Shown here: in pieces, positions 27,518 to 39,972 of the stretch
How the letters are laid out: each line of letters opens with the position of its first letter
Position numbering within the stretch: position 1 is the stretch's first letter
Source of the DNA: Eledone cirrhosa
Taxonomy: Eukaryota
DNA length: 64,000 bases
Assembly: GCA_964016885.1 (NCBI GenBank)
Contig: OZ024741.1
Span: 116,808,001 to 116,872,000, forward strand
Direction of reading: 5' to 3'
Program-made: the position numbers and the translations under genes
Notes under the pieces: generated by a model
What the model was told of the DNA's origin: nothing
What the model saw: the letters and a program-made list of their open reading frames with translations, nothing else
Databases searched by the model: none

Positions 27518-28361
27518 GTAAGTGTTATTGTGATTGTATATGTATATATATATAATGTGAAAATAATAATGTAGAGTTGAAGATGTTCCTTTTGTTTTTT
27601 TATATATTCAAACACATTTACAGTACACAATGAAAAAGATTATTACATGCAAAAAAAATTATAGAATTTTTTTAATAAAAATCTGTGTTTGCTGGAGCTC
27701 AGGTTATCTCATTTAATTTTTACTAACTTGTTTTTGCTCTTGTGAGCTCTTCAAAAATAATTACCAATGTTTTTTTCTACTGATGTATTTTTGATGTGTC
27801 ATTATTTGCCACTTATTTCCTTTGACATGTGTACATATATGTATATATAAGCAAGGCAAAATGATCATTAGAATAATGTCAGGGTCTTTGCAGACACACG
27901 CACACACATGTGTATGTATATCATCATCATCATTTCATTTTACGTCCGCTTTTTCCCTGCTTGCAAGGGTGGGATGGGAACTGATTCTGGCTTGATTTCT
28001 ACAGATGGATGCCCTTCCTAACACCAACCTCATTTACAGTGAGTGGTGGGTGCTTTTTTTCCATGGCGCCTACACGCCCACTTTACAGTGTGGGCTGGGT
28101 GCTTTTTTGCCGTGGCACCTCCACGACCACTTTGCAGTGGAATGATAGGGAACCCAGTCTTATCATCTCATTTCTACAGCTGAGTAAACTGGAGCAATGT
28201 GAAATAATGTGTCTTGCTCAAGGAAACAAGACATCACCTGGTGTATATATGCATATGTAGACAATTATAATAGACACAGAAACATGTTAAAGCAAATAAA
28301 TTCCTAATCTTCTTTCTTGCCGCTGTTTATATTTTTCTGGGTGCAATACTTGCTTATATTA

Positions 28362-28395
<34 letters not shown>

Positions 28396-28412
28396 GTATA
28401 TATATATATATA

Positions 28413-28775
28413 TTAAACATACGGTATATTGCCAAATATACTATACATACATTCATGTATACATCGCTATTTCAGAGCACCAACCCTAATATCTAATTTT
28501 TGCTGGACCGGCAATCACTCTGTGTAATCAGCTCCTGATTATTACTGGAATTCTATAAGAATCCATCTTCTATAATTTTTGGCGAAAGCAGGGGAGTACG
28601 TGGCTCTGATGAACGCCAACCAGCATGAAACAGGCTGTCAGCTTCTCTCCCTTCTTTCACCGAAAAGAAGTGACATAGTCACTACTTTAAAACTGATAGC
28701 GTATGGTCTTCTAAATGTTTTTAATTTAACATATAGTATGTTGCCAAATATACTATACATACATTCATATATATA
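28413..28775 (+). mobile_element. Retrozyme-like element, ~312 nt monomer plus partial repeat, HHR at 28602-28643
   Basis: ggct CTGATGA acgc caacca gcat GAAAC aggct GTC agct. gccaaatatactatacatacattcat occurs at 28431 and 28743. TA flanks. Confidence 0.8.
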
Positions 28776-29238
28776 TCTATGTATATCATCATCATCACCA
28801 TTTTACGTCCGTTCTTCCACGCTAGCATGGGTTAGACAGGTTGTCCTGCCGTGGTCAATGTACGGTCGGCTGACCTTGTCTTGATCATACGGGAACTGAT
28901 TCTGGCTTGATTTCTACAGCTGGATACCCTTCCTAACACCAACCTCATATACAGTGTGTGCTGGGTGCTTTTTTTTCCCATGGCGCCTACACGTTCACTT
29001 TACAGTGTGGGCTGGGTGCTTTTTTGCCGTGGCACCTCCACGACCTCTTTGCAGTGGAATGATAAGGACCCCAGTCCTATCATCTCATTTCTACTGCTGA
29101 GTAAACTGGAGCAATGTGAAATAAAGTGTCTTGCTGAAGGAAACAACACATCACCCGGTCCAAGAATTGAACTCACAACCTTTCGATTGCAAGCCCAATG
29201 CTCTAACCACTAAGCCATGCGTCTTCATATATATATAT

Positions 29239-29404
29239 TGTCATATACAATTGTCACTGCTGGCGCAGCTCCTGCTTCGGCAGTCCAGGTCTGCAATTCA
29301 TTCACCCAGTGCCTGGCAGACAAAAAAGTGCTGCCATAAAATGGGTGGTGCAACCTAACTTTGGTAACTTAATGACCCCGAGCAACGCCGGGCTTTAATG
29401 CTAG
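29239..29404 (+). mobile_element. Helitron 3' end fragment (inverted copy of the adjacent element's end)
   Basis: cccgagcaacgccggg hairpin then CTAG|T. Reverse complement of 29484-29645. Confidence 0.8.
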
Positions 29405-29483
29405 TATATAAATATATATATATATATATCAGTTCCCGTATGATCAAGACAAGGTAGTATATATATATATATATATATATATA

Positions 29484-30589
29484 CTAGCATTAAAGCCCGG
29501 CGTTGCTCGGGGCCAGTAAGTTACCAAAGTTAGGTTGCACCACCCATTTTATGGCAGCACTTTTTTGTCTGCCAGGCACTGGGTGAATGAATTGCAGACC
29601 TAGACTGCCGAAGCAGGAGCTGCACCAGCAGTGACAATTGTAGTTTCGCCTATGGATATTATCTCTGTGCAAAGAAGTGTTGAAATTTATTGTTTCACAG
29701 TACTTGCGCAACACGCACGTAGACGATGCCAGCTGAACAACAGAGCTGTGATGGAGTGGTTCTGCATGGTTGTCTAATGTGTGTTTTCTAAATTTAAGAC
29801 AGTAGGGAGGGGTGTGATATGGGGGAGAGTTAGCTGCTGTTTCTAGCAGGTTTAGTGACCTCATAGAGGATATGTGTTTTCTAAATTTAAGACAGTAGGG
29901 TGTGGTGTGATATGGAGGAGAATTAGCTGCTGTTTCTAGCAGGTTTAGTGACCTCATAGAGGATATGTTTTCTAAATTTAAGACAGTAGGGAGTGGTGTG
30001 ATAGAGGGGAGAGTTAGCTGCTGTTTCTAGCAGGTTTGGTGACCTCATAGAGGATATTATTGTGTATAGTAAATAAACTGATACTTCTTTCTTCCACGTT
30101 CGTTGAGAGGTTTTAAAAAAGATTTATCGCTATTTTTTTTGTTGTTGAATAAATTTATCTGTTGCTTTTGAATAATTGTTGTTTCATATGAAATGTAATA
30201 AGTTCTCTTTGTCATTGAAGTAAATAAATGTTTGACCGTTCCACACTCAAAAACAAACGTTCTCTCTCTCTCTCTCCCTCTCACGCTCTTCTCTCTCTCT
30301 CTTCGGCGTTCCTAAAGGAAGTTTGTAAGCATGTATATAGTTTTATTGAATTTTAAGGGGAGTAGAGAGAGGTAATCAGATTCTATTAGAGGGGTAAAGT
30401 GTCATGTATTTAGTTTTATCGATTATTTCCATAATTGTGGGTGAGTTTGAATGAAATAAATAGTCGTTGACCTAAGACCATTTACAACATTCTTACAGAC
30501 TTTGAGTCGAATCGGTTTGAAATTGTGCAAATGTATAAACATGGAACATGTACACACAACAACAACAATCTGCCTTTTATAGATAATGA
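29484..30589 (-). mobile_element. Non-autonomous Helitron with three internal ~94 bp tandem units (29779-30056)
   Basis: 3' CTAG with subterminal cccgagcaacgccggg hairpin, and 5' a|tcattatctataaaaggc on the minus strand. Confidence 0.75.
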
Positions 30590-31194
30590 TATATATATAT
30601 ATTTAGTGGTCAGAGCATTGGCCTTGCAATCAAAAGGTTGTGAGTTCTATTCTCGGACCGGGTGATGTCTTGTTTCCTTGAGCAAGACACTTTATTTCAC
30701 ATTGCTCCAGTTTACTCAGCTGTAGAAAGGAGATGATAGGACTGGGGTCCCTATCATTCCACTGCAAAGTGGTCATGGAGGTGCCACGGCAAAAAAGCAC
30801 CCAGCCCACACTGTAAAGTGGACGTGTAGGCGCCACGGAAAAAAAAAGCACCCAGCACACACTGTAAATGAGGTTGGTGTTAGGAAGGGCATCCAGCTGT
30901 AGAAATCAAGCCAGAATCAGTTCTCGTATGAGCAAGACAAGGTCAGCTGACCAGACACTGCCCACAACAGGACAACCCGTCTAACCCATGCTAGCGTGGA
31001 AGAATGGACGTAAAACAGTGATGATGATGATGATATGTATGTATATATATATATATATGTATGCATGTATATATATACATATATATGTATGTATATATAT
31101 ATACATATATATGTATGTATATATATACATATATATGTATGTATATATATACATATATATGTATGTATGTATATATATACATATATATGTATGT

Positions 31195-31798
31195 GGCCAT
31201 TGACTCCTAAGAGCTCCTTTGCTCTTTGACAGGTTTTGTTTTTAGTCCTGCAGGATGTCCAAAGTCACCCTCCTCACCAAGAAATCTTGGTGGGGTTGCC
31301 AGTTTAGTCGCCAACGACCCGACTATGAGACAGGTTGTACTGGGATACATGTTACCAGTAGCACCAACTGGTGACCTGATAAAATCACCGGGAGAGATGA
31401 CCCCTTAGCCTTTGTCAAGGCAGAATTCTAGGAGAAGGAAAGCTCTGATATAACATCTGCAACTCTGATGGTATCCAATGATGTTGACTTGTTCTTCTTT
31501 TTGGTAAATATCATCTTGGTTAAGAGAGTGGGACTGGCTTTGTGCAGTGCCTTTGCTCACTATAAAAGCTTCACGGCACAGGCATTGCTTTATATCTGGA
31601 GATCTCTCTGCACTTGTCATCACATGGTACCATGCGCCCTGCACTATGTGTCAATAATTGTCACAAGTGTAGTGTTTGTACCAGAGTTTTCAAGTCACTG
31701 GCTGGACTAAAAAGTCACACTCGTTCAGCGCATCGGTAGGGGTTCTCCTACATGGATATAAAGTAGTGGCCGTACTCGAAAACGAGTTGGCAGCCACC
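31195..31798 (+). mobile_element. Degenerate LINE (probably RTE) 3' end with C2H2 finger
   Basis: IWRSLC...[17 protein letters not shown]. The 3' part is repeated at 48490-48712, and both are flanked by (TATG)n. Confidence 0.55.
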
Positions 31799-32393
31799 AT
31801 ATATGTATGTATGTATATATATACATATATATGTATGTATGTATGTATATATATACATATATATATATGTATGTATGTATATATATACATATATATGTAT
31901 GTATATATATACATATATATGTATGTATATATATACATATATATGTATGTATGTATATATATACATATATATGTATGTATGTATATATATACATATATAT
32001 GTATGTATGTATGTATATATATACATATATATGTATGTATGTATGTATATATATACATATATATGTATGTATGTATGTATATATATACATATATATGTAT
32101 GTATATATATACATATATATGTATGTATGTATATATATATATATTAAGTGTATTGAGTTCAAATCTCAAGCATTCCTTTACAATGAAAATAGCTCCAAGA
32201 AAAGAATATTTCTGTGCCATGTAATAAATACAAATCAATATATATGATGAAACACAGATACCAACATATCTTTGTTTATATAGCAAAAGGAATAAAGTTA
32301 GCTAGAATGAAATATACTAATTATAATATTACAGCCTGCCTACATCGATTTAAAATAATAAATCAACACAAACAAACAGTATTGGCAAATGGC

Positions 32394-32463
<70 letters not shown>

Positions 32464-32725
32464 ATATATGTTTGTATATGTATGTATGTATATATATGTT
32501 TGTATATGTATGTATGTATATATATGTTTGTATATGTATGTATGTATATATATGTTTGTATATGTATGTATATATATATATGTTTGTATATGTATGTATA
32601 TATATGTTTGTATATGTATGTATGTATATATATGTTTGTGTATGTATGTTTGTATATATATGTTTGTATATATATGTATGTGTATGTATGTATGTATATA
32701 TATATATGTATGTATATATATGTAT

Positions 32726-32766
<41 letters not shown>

Positions 32767-32768
32767 TA

Positions 32769-33480
32769 TCATCATCATCATCAACGTTTAACGTCCGTGT
32801 TCCACGCTTGCATGGGTTTGGACGGGGGTATTCCCACTTGAGGCAAGAGTGATTGTCTTGCTCGCATAGGACTGTCTGGCAGGTTTTCTACAGTTGGATG
32901 CCCTTCCTAACACCAACCACATTTACAGTGTGGGTCTGGGAGGTTTTTACCGTGTTGCCTACACGGCCACATTACAGCGTGGACTGTGTGTTTTTTTGTC
33001 GTGACACCTACACGATCTCATTTGTTTCGGCCTGGATGGCGCGGCACCAACATAACTTTACATAGAACGGGGTGGTGTGGATAGGGTGGGGGTGGTGGCG
33101 GGACGGGGTGTATTTTGTTAGAGATGCCTACTGGCTGTAGTAGGTTTTACTATGTATTTAGGTTACTGAGTACCGCCAAAGGTCTCGGTCCAGTGACATT
33201 GTCTTGGAGAGGTGTAAGTGTGTGAGGTCGGAGTTTATCAGCTCGTCCCAGGTTTTTCTAGGTCTGCCTATTCCGTGGCTACCGTCTATCTTTATTGCCC
33301 TGCACTTTGTTATACAGCTATCGACTTTCATGCGCATCACGTGTCCATACCAACGTAGCCTTCTCTCGAGTAAACAACATCTGATCCCTCTTATTTCTAA
33401 TTTTTTTTTTCCTTAGTTCGTTTATGCTTTGCCGTTCACGTATATTACTATTACACATCCAGCGGAGCATGCAAGCTTCG
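32769..33480 (-). mobile_element. RTE LINE 3' end (same family as 17225-20412)
   Basis: Near-identical to 17225-17922, including the 3' UTR and (GAT)n tail. Confidence 0.95.
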
Positions 33481-33500
33481 TGTGTGTATGTATATATATG

Positions 33501-33531
<31 letters not shown>

Positions 33532-33570
33532 GTATGCATATATATGTATGTATATTGATGATGATGATAC

Positions 33571-33601
<31 letters not shown>

Positions 33602-33784
33602 TATGTATGTATATATATATATGTATGTATTTATATATATGTATGTATATATATATATGTATGTATATATATATATATGTATGTATTTATATATATATGT
33701 ATGTATATATATGTATATATGTATGTATATATATGTGTATATATATGTATATATATGTATATATATGTATATATATATATGTAT

Positions 33785-34756
33785 GAAGGGAAGCAGAGGA
33801 AAGAAAGTTCAAGCATGTTCTACAACACGAGGACCAAAAATGTGAGGTGTTCAGGATTGCTAGGCAATGTGTCAAGGAAAACCGTGATATTGTCGGGGAG
33901 AAGTTTGTACTTAATGATGATGGCGTACTTGCCATCACTGACACTGATAAGAAGGTAGCTTGGAAGTGTCACTACGAAAGCTACTAAATGAGGAGAATAA
34001 ATGAGAGAAAGACAGTCTCCCCCACATCGACCCAATAGAGGGACCAGCAGTGTTAGTCGAAGGTAGTATAATAAGTAAGGCAATCAAAGATATGAAGACG
34101 GGTAAGGCGGCTGGGCCTTCGGAAATAGTTGCTGAGATGCTGAAAGCCTTTGGAACGGTGGGACACACCATGGTCACCCGGATAATAAACCAAGTCATAC
34201 AGAATGGGGTTGTTCCGAAGGACTGGCGTAGCTGCATCATCATTAACTGCTACAAGGGTAAAGGAGACGCCCTAGATAGGAGTAACTATAGAGGCATTGA
34301 ATTAATCGACCAGGTCATGAAGGTCACGGAAAAAGTAATAGCGCAACTAATCAGAGAGAGAATTGATCTAGATGAAATGCAGTTCGGGTTTGTGTCAGGC
34401 AAAAGTACCACAGACGCTCTTTTCATTGTACGACAACTACAGGAGAAGTACCTAGCTAAAAGTAAACCTCTATACTTAGCTTTTGTCGATTTGGAGAAAG
34501 CCTTCGACAGAGTTCCCCGTTCCATTATCTGGTGGTCTCTTAGAAAACTAGGTGTTGATGAATGGCTTGTGAGAACTATACAAGCCATGTATAAAGAAAC
34601 AGTCAGCAAGGTTAGAATTAACAACGAATATAGTGAAGAGTTTAGCGTAAAAGTTGGTGTTCATCAGGGCTCTGTTCTTAGCCCCCTACTATTTATTATT
34701 GCCCTTCAGGCTATAACAGTGGAGTTCAAGACCGGCTGCCCATGGGAACTCCTATA
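33785..34756 (+). mobile_element. RTE LINE central RT segment in the opposite orientation, running into the gap
   Basis: [10 protein letters not shown]...FVDLEKAFDRVPR...GVHQGSVLSP...CPWELL, with one frameshift and one stop near 33975-34005. Confidence 0.95.
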
Positions 34757-34956
34757 NNNNNNNNNNNNNNNNNNNNNNNNNNNNNNNNNNNNNNNNNNNN
34801 NNNNNNNNNNNNNNNNNNNNNNNNNNNNNNNNNNNNNNNNNNNNNNNNNNNNNNNNNNNNNNNNNNNNNNNNNNNNNNNNNNNNNNNNNNNNNNNNNNNN
34901 NNNNNNNNNNNNNNNNNNNNNNNNNNNNNNNNNNNNNNNNNNNNNNNNNNNNNNNN
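34757..34956. other. Assembly gap (200 N)
   Basis: Run of n. Confidence 1.
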
Positions 34957-35100
34957 AATATGGTTCAAAATGTTATCCACCTCCTGGGTGATTTTTATTA
35001 TATTTTTACCCATAATCTTCCAATACTTTAGTGTATGTACACTCCATATTCTTCGGAGTTTTCGGCTTGTATTGGCCGATAGTACTTCTTGTGGTTTTGA

Positions 35101-35143
35101 TTGCCCTGATGAGTCCTTAATAGGACGAAACATTGTTGGCTAA
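35101..35143 (+). ncRNA. Minimal type I hammerhead ribozyme motif
   Basis: ttgcc CTGATGA gtcc ttaata ggac GAAAC att GTT ggc(t)aa, followed by AATAAA. Confidence 0.85.
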
Positions 35144-35400
35144 TAAAGACTTTTGATGTATTGAAGGCTTCTTTGTTTTATTTTCATAATATATATATAT
35201 ATATATACATATATATGTTAAGTATTTCCGAAGAAAAAGCAAAGGAAAAATGGGTGCTCTATGTATAGAACAGAGCTATTTAATTAGAAAGTGAACAACC
35301 TCTCTGCCTGATGAACGATCTAGGCGTATGTTAATATTATCTAGGCTGCTGAAACCTTTGGTAATGGAGTAGTTATATATTGTGTTGTTCACTTTCCACT

Positions 35401-35437
<37 letters not shown>

Positions 35438-35481
35438 AAGTTAAATAAAAGTCAAATGATTAAAATTTAGCTTCGTTTATT

Positions 35482-35536
35482 ACTGCTATATATATTTCAG
35501 TGACAGCCATCTTTGGCTGTCACCTCTTCAGGCAGT
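35482..35536 (-). ncRNA. Type I hammerhead ribozyme motif
   Basis: actgc CTGAAGA ggtgacagcca aaga tggctgtcact GAAA T atat ATA gcagt AATAAA. Confidence 0.88.
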
Positions 35537-35647
35537 TTGAATTAGTATGGTATAGACAAGTACATATGTTGTTTAGATGTATGATATTGTCAATACTCTG
35601 ATATGCCCAGTTCCTTGCTGGGTTGTTAATTCACTGGGGAACTGGAG

Positions 35648-35693
<46 letters not shown>

Positions 35694-35711
35694 ATTCACT
35701 GGGGAACTGGA

Positions 35712-35754
<43 letters not shown>

Positions 35755-35932
35755 AGCTAATTAGAACACTCGATTAATCCCTTTACTTCCCTCCAAAGAA
35801 GAGGTATTATCTCGAAAATTAAGGATATTTAAATAAATTTAAGGTAAAAGACTAATTGTCAACAATATCTTTTGCATTTGCATTTATATTCTATATCCAT
35901 ACCTGCATTGTATTGGCCTTCCAACTCCAAAC

Positions 35933-36006
<74 letters not shown>

Positions 36007-36170
36007 ATAAGACAGTATATAGAGAAAAATACACAATGAGGTATGTGTTGAATTATAGGGGATATAATACCACCAGAGTGAAAAACATAGTGTCTACGAA
36101 AGGAATGGAGAATACATATCAATTAGAAGAATAAATTAAACTGTACAGACCTTCCGTGTATAACTATAAA

Positions 36171-36247
36171 CACATGGACATGCTCTATAGTATGTTTCGC
36201 CACTAATAAAGTGTAGATTCATACCGTTGACGGCTTATCAACAGGTG
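36171..36247 (-). ncRNA. Hammerhead motif with U3:A8 core, inside an element with ~80 bp inverted ends (36006-36085 / 36322-36400)
   Basis: cacctg TTGATAA gcc...ggc GAAAC atactatagagcat GTC catgtg. Confidence 0.65.
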
Positions 36248-36492
36248 GACCAACAATATATCAGATAACTAGTATACACACATGGTGGGAAGAGAAAACA
36301 TGCACGCTATATAGCCCATAGTTTTTACCCTGGTGGTATTCTATCCCCTATAATTGAACACATACCTCTTTGTGTATTTTTCTATATATACTGTCTTATA
36401 AAGAACTCGGAATCGATTCCTTGAGCTCATCAAATTATAAGGGATTAACATGAGTCTTTAACTCGGTTTTTTTATTCGGTATATATATATAT

Positions 36493-36950
36493 ATTAGGAT
36501 TGGTGCTCTGAAATACCGATGTATACACGAATGTATGTATAGTATATTTGGCAATATACTATATTGTTTAATTGAAACATTTAGAAGACCATACGCTATC
36601 AGTTTTAAAGTAGTGACTATGTTACTTACTTCTTTTCGGCGAAAGGAGGGGGAGAAGCTGACAGTCTGTTTCACGCTGGTTAGCGTTTATCAGAGCCACG
36701 TACTCCCCTGCTTCCGCCGAAAATTACAGAAGCTTTATTCTTATAGAATTCCAGTAATAATCAGGAGTTGATTACACAGAGCGATTGCCGGTCCAGCAAA
36801 AATTAGGTATTAGGATTGGTGCTCTGAAATAGCGATGTATACACGAATGGATGTATAGTATATTTGGCAATATACTGTATGTTTAATTAAAAACATTTAG
36901 AAGACCATACGCTATCATTTTTAAAGTAGTGACTATGTCACTTACTTCTT
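36493..36950 (-). mobile_element. Retrozyme-like element, 316 nt monomer x ~1.45, HHR at 36656-36697
   Basis: Same family as 28413-28775. ggct CTGATAA acgc taacca gcgt GAAAC agact GTC agct. A ~140 bp direct repeat occurs at 36493 and 36809. Confidence 0.8.
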
Positions 36951-37189
36951 TTTTTTTTAACTCAAAATACACGGAACCAGATCAGATGCCGCAAAGCATC
37001 CCATCCAACTCTTTAATAGATCTCCCAATTAATTCTATTGACTTGTTAATCATTTTCTACACCGTGGGGATGAAAGGCAAAGTTAACCTCGACAGGATTT
37101 AAACTCATTGAGTCGGAACAAATATCAGAGTAATTAATCCGACGCCCTTACGACTCTGCCTATGTGCCACCTACACACACATAAATATA

Positions 37190-37615
37190 TTTATAGGCGC
37201 ACACAATCAGACACAGACACAGACAGAAAGACACACATAGGCACAAACACACAGACACAAATCCAAACATGAACACAAATACGCACGCACACACGCACAC
37301 ATGTATACAAACATATACACACATACAGACACACACGCATAGAAACACGCACACACACATGCTCAAACACAAACACACACACACACACACACACACATAT
37401 ATGTACACACCTACATACACACAAACACACGCACACACGCACAGGCACATATAGACACAGACACAAACACACACACGGAAACATACACACACATACAGAA
37501 ATACACCGCCAAACACAACCACACATACCCACACAGACACAAACACATATATACACGTACACACGTACATATATAGACACACACACACACGTACATATAT
37601 ACATAAATATGTGCA
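37190..37615. repeat. Degenerate (CA)n
   Basis: Directly visible. Confidence 0.9.
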
Positions 37616-37699
37616 TGACGTTAATTATAAATCAACCATTGATATACTCCTGAAATATTCAATCATTGCAACAAACAGTTTCATCTGGAGCCTCAAGGG

Positions 37700-38350
37700 A
37701 ATCTACAATCTTTAAAAATAGCCCACATTAAATAACGTAGTTTTAAATACACTGTATCAAATACATTCAGGAAACCAAAAAGGTATCTGCCAACCTCTAA
37801 AAACTCAAATGGGGCATTACTATTAAAAAAAGTGTCTCATATTGGGGAGAAATGAGGCAAAATGGGGAGATTTTACACAATGAAATCTATACCCATTTTC
37901 ACAAGAGAAGACATCTCTCACCCACCCCAAAGTTGTTGGGAGATCGCCCCGTCGGACGGGGAGAGATTACAGGTCTGCATAGCTTGTCAATACTGTCCCT
38001 CGTCCTTTGGTTAATGTCATTATCATACCTGTTCACAAAATCCAATGGTCATAGAAATGGATCAAAACGTATCTTCCACCTTTTCTTTACCGACGATATG
38101 AAGTGGTGTGGGCCAAATATCAACCAAATCAAAAAACAATTGGACATCATTATCCAATTTTCCACAGTCATTGAATTGAAATTTAGCGAGTCTAATGGAA
38201 AATTTTTGATAATGAAACATGGAAAGGTGATTATACGTAGTAGTAAAATGTGTAAAAATCTAACCATGAACGACTTGGACATGAAGAGAACTTCAAATAT
38301 TCATAAGTAACAAAATGACAAGGAATGAATATCAAGGAGAATAAAGAACT
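37700..38350 (+). mobile_element. Highly degenerate R4/Dong-like RT fragment
   Basis: LSLVLWLMSLSYLF...IFHLFFTDDMKWCG...LDIIIQFS..IELKF resembles the HLL.MDDLKL....L..V..FS.DI.M.F block. Confidence 0.6.
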
Positions 38351-38427
38351 CTCTGCCTATAACAAAACCGTTGCTCCCCACCCTATATATACGTACATAT
38401 ATATATTTTTATATATATACATACATA

Positions 38428-38471
<44 letters not shown>

Positions 38472-38536
38472 TATGTATGTATATATATAAAAATATATAT
38501 ATGTACGTATATATAGGGTGGGGAGCAACGGTTTTG

Positions 38537-38586
<50 letters not shown>

Positions 38587-38588
<2 letters not shown>

Positions 38589-39847
38589 GGGGTAACAAAT
38601 TATTGTTATAGGTAGTCCACTTAGGTGTAGTCCAGTTATGGTACTCCGGGTAGTGGATGATATCAACGCTTGGCTAAGTTTGACTCAACAAGGACAACAG
38701 TATCAACTGGTCGACGTTGTCGGCCGCAAAGAGCTACAGTACCGGTATGTCCCACTGTAGGCTATGTGATCTAGAACTACTGTATATCCTTAGAAATGTA
38801 AAAAGGCTACTTAACAACAAGTTAGAAAGATCTATTTTCTGCAGACACAGGATCGCCACTAAATTCATGTGATTTAAACCTCCGTGAATCGAACCGACAT
38901 AACTTAGCTTTCAACTTAGGATACCCACTACACTGCACGAACCACCACAGAAATATAATCATTAAGTACATTCTAGCCTTCTTAGTTCTATACCACATTA
39001 ATGTCTGTAAGTACCTCATCAACCTATAAGCATATCTCTTCTCAGCTGCTGTCAGCACTTGATCCTAAATCCAAGAACATTTCAAAATACTACTACAACA
39101 GAACTTTACCTTCCTCCTGCTATAATTATAGTCAGCATGTTTTCTCTTTATATTTATGTATATATGTGTATGTGTATATATATATATATATGTTTGTGTG
39201 CATGTGTGTATATATATATATATATGCCTCCTTAACCTCTGTATTAACTTGCCCATTATTTTGCTACTTTGTTAATGTTGTCTTATACATGTATGTTATT
39301 GATGATGAGAAAGCTAGACAACACTCTCATCTAATATAGACCACACAAATCTCACTACAGTGATAAATCCTTCGTCTGTCAGATAATAACCGACTCTTAC
39401 GGCCACCTGACCTACATTGTTTAAAGACACCAGCCTATCTTTACAATAGATATAATACATCCCATGACAGCTTTTACATGCCAATTTTATACATCTGCCT
39501 CATGTCAGCTAGTTTTACACGCTAAAATCGTAGATATACTATACTTCCCACCTAGATTGATGTTGTGATTATTTCAAATAATTTATTGCTAGCATTGTTG
39601 ATATTGTTGTTATTGTTCTGACTGAATGCCATTACTACTACATATAGTAGCCATGCCTGTATATTCTTTTCATTCTCACAAGCTCCGATGAACTGACTGG
39701 TTATAACTTTGTATTGGCGATCGAGTAACGTGAAAATAAGCGGATAGCGATCTCTAGACCTACCAGTTCAGAGAAACAATTGTCAGCAATGTTATTAAAA
39801 ATCTTTTTTGTATAGCAAACCGTGTCACTCTTCTTTCCTGATTTATT
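38587..39847 (+). mobile_element. Unclassified TA-inserted element (~1.26 kb)
   Basis: Both ends recur, joined together, at 55410-55760. Confidence 0.6.
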
Positions 39848-39872
39848 ATATATATATATATAAAGAGAGAGG

Positions 39873-39908
<36 letters not shown>

Positions 39909-39940
39909 GAGAGAGTAATTCATACCCCCCCCCCCCCCCA

Positions 39941-39972
<32 letters not shown>

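Noticed and set aside
35302-35372. CTGATGA...GAAACctttgGTA hammerhead-like core
   Set aside because: Stems I and II pair poorly. At best a decayed copy, so it was not counted.
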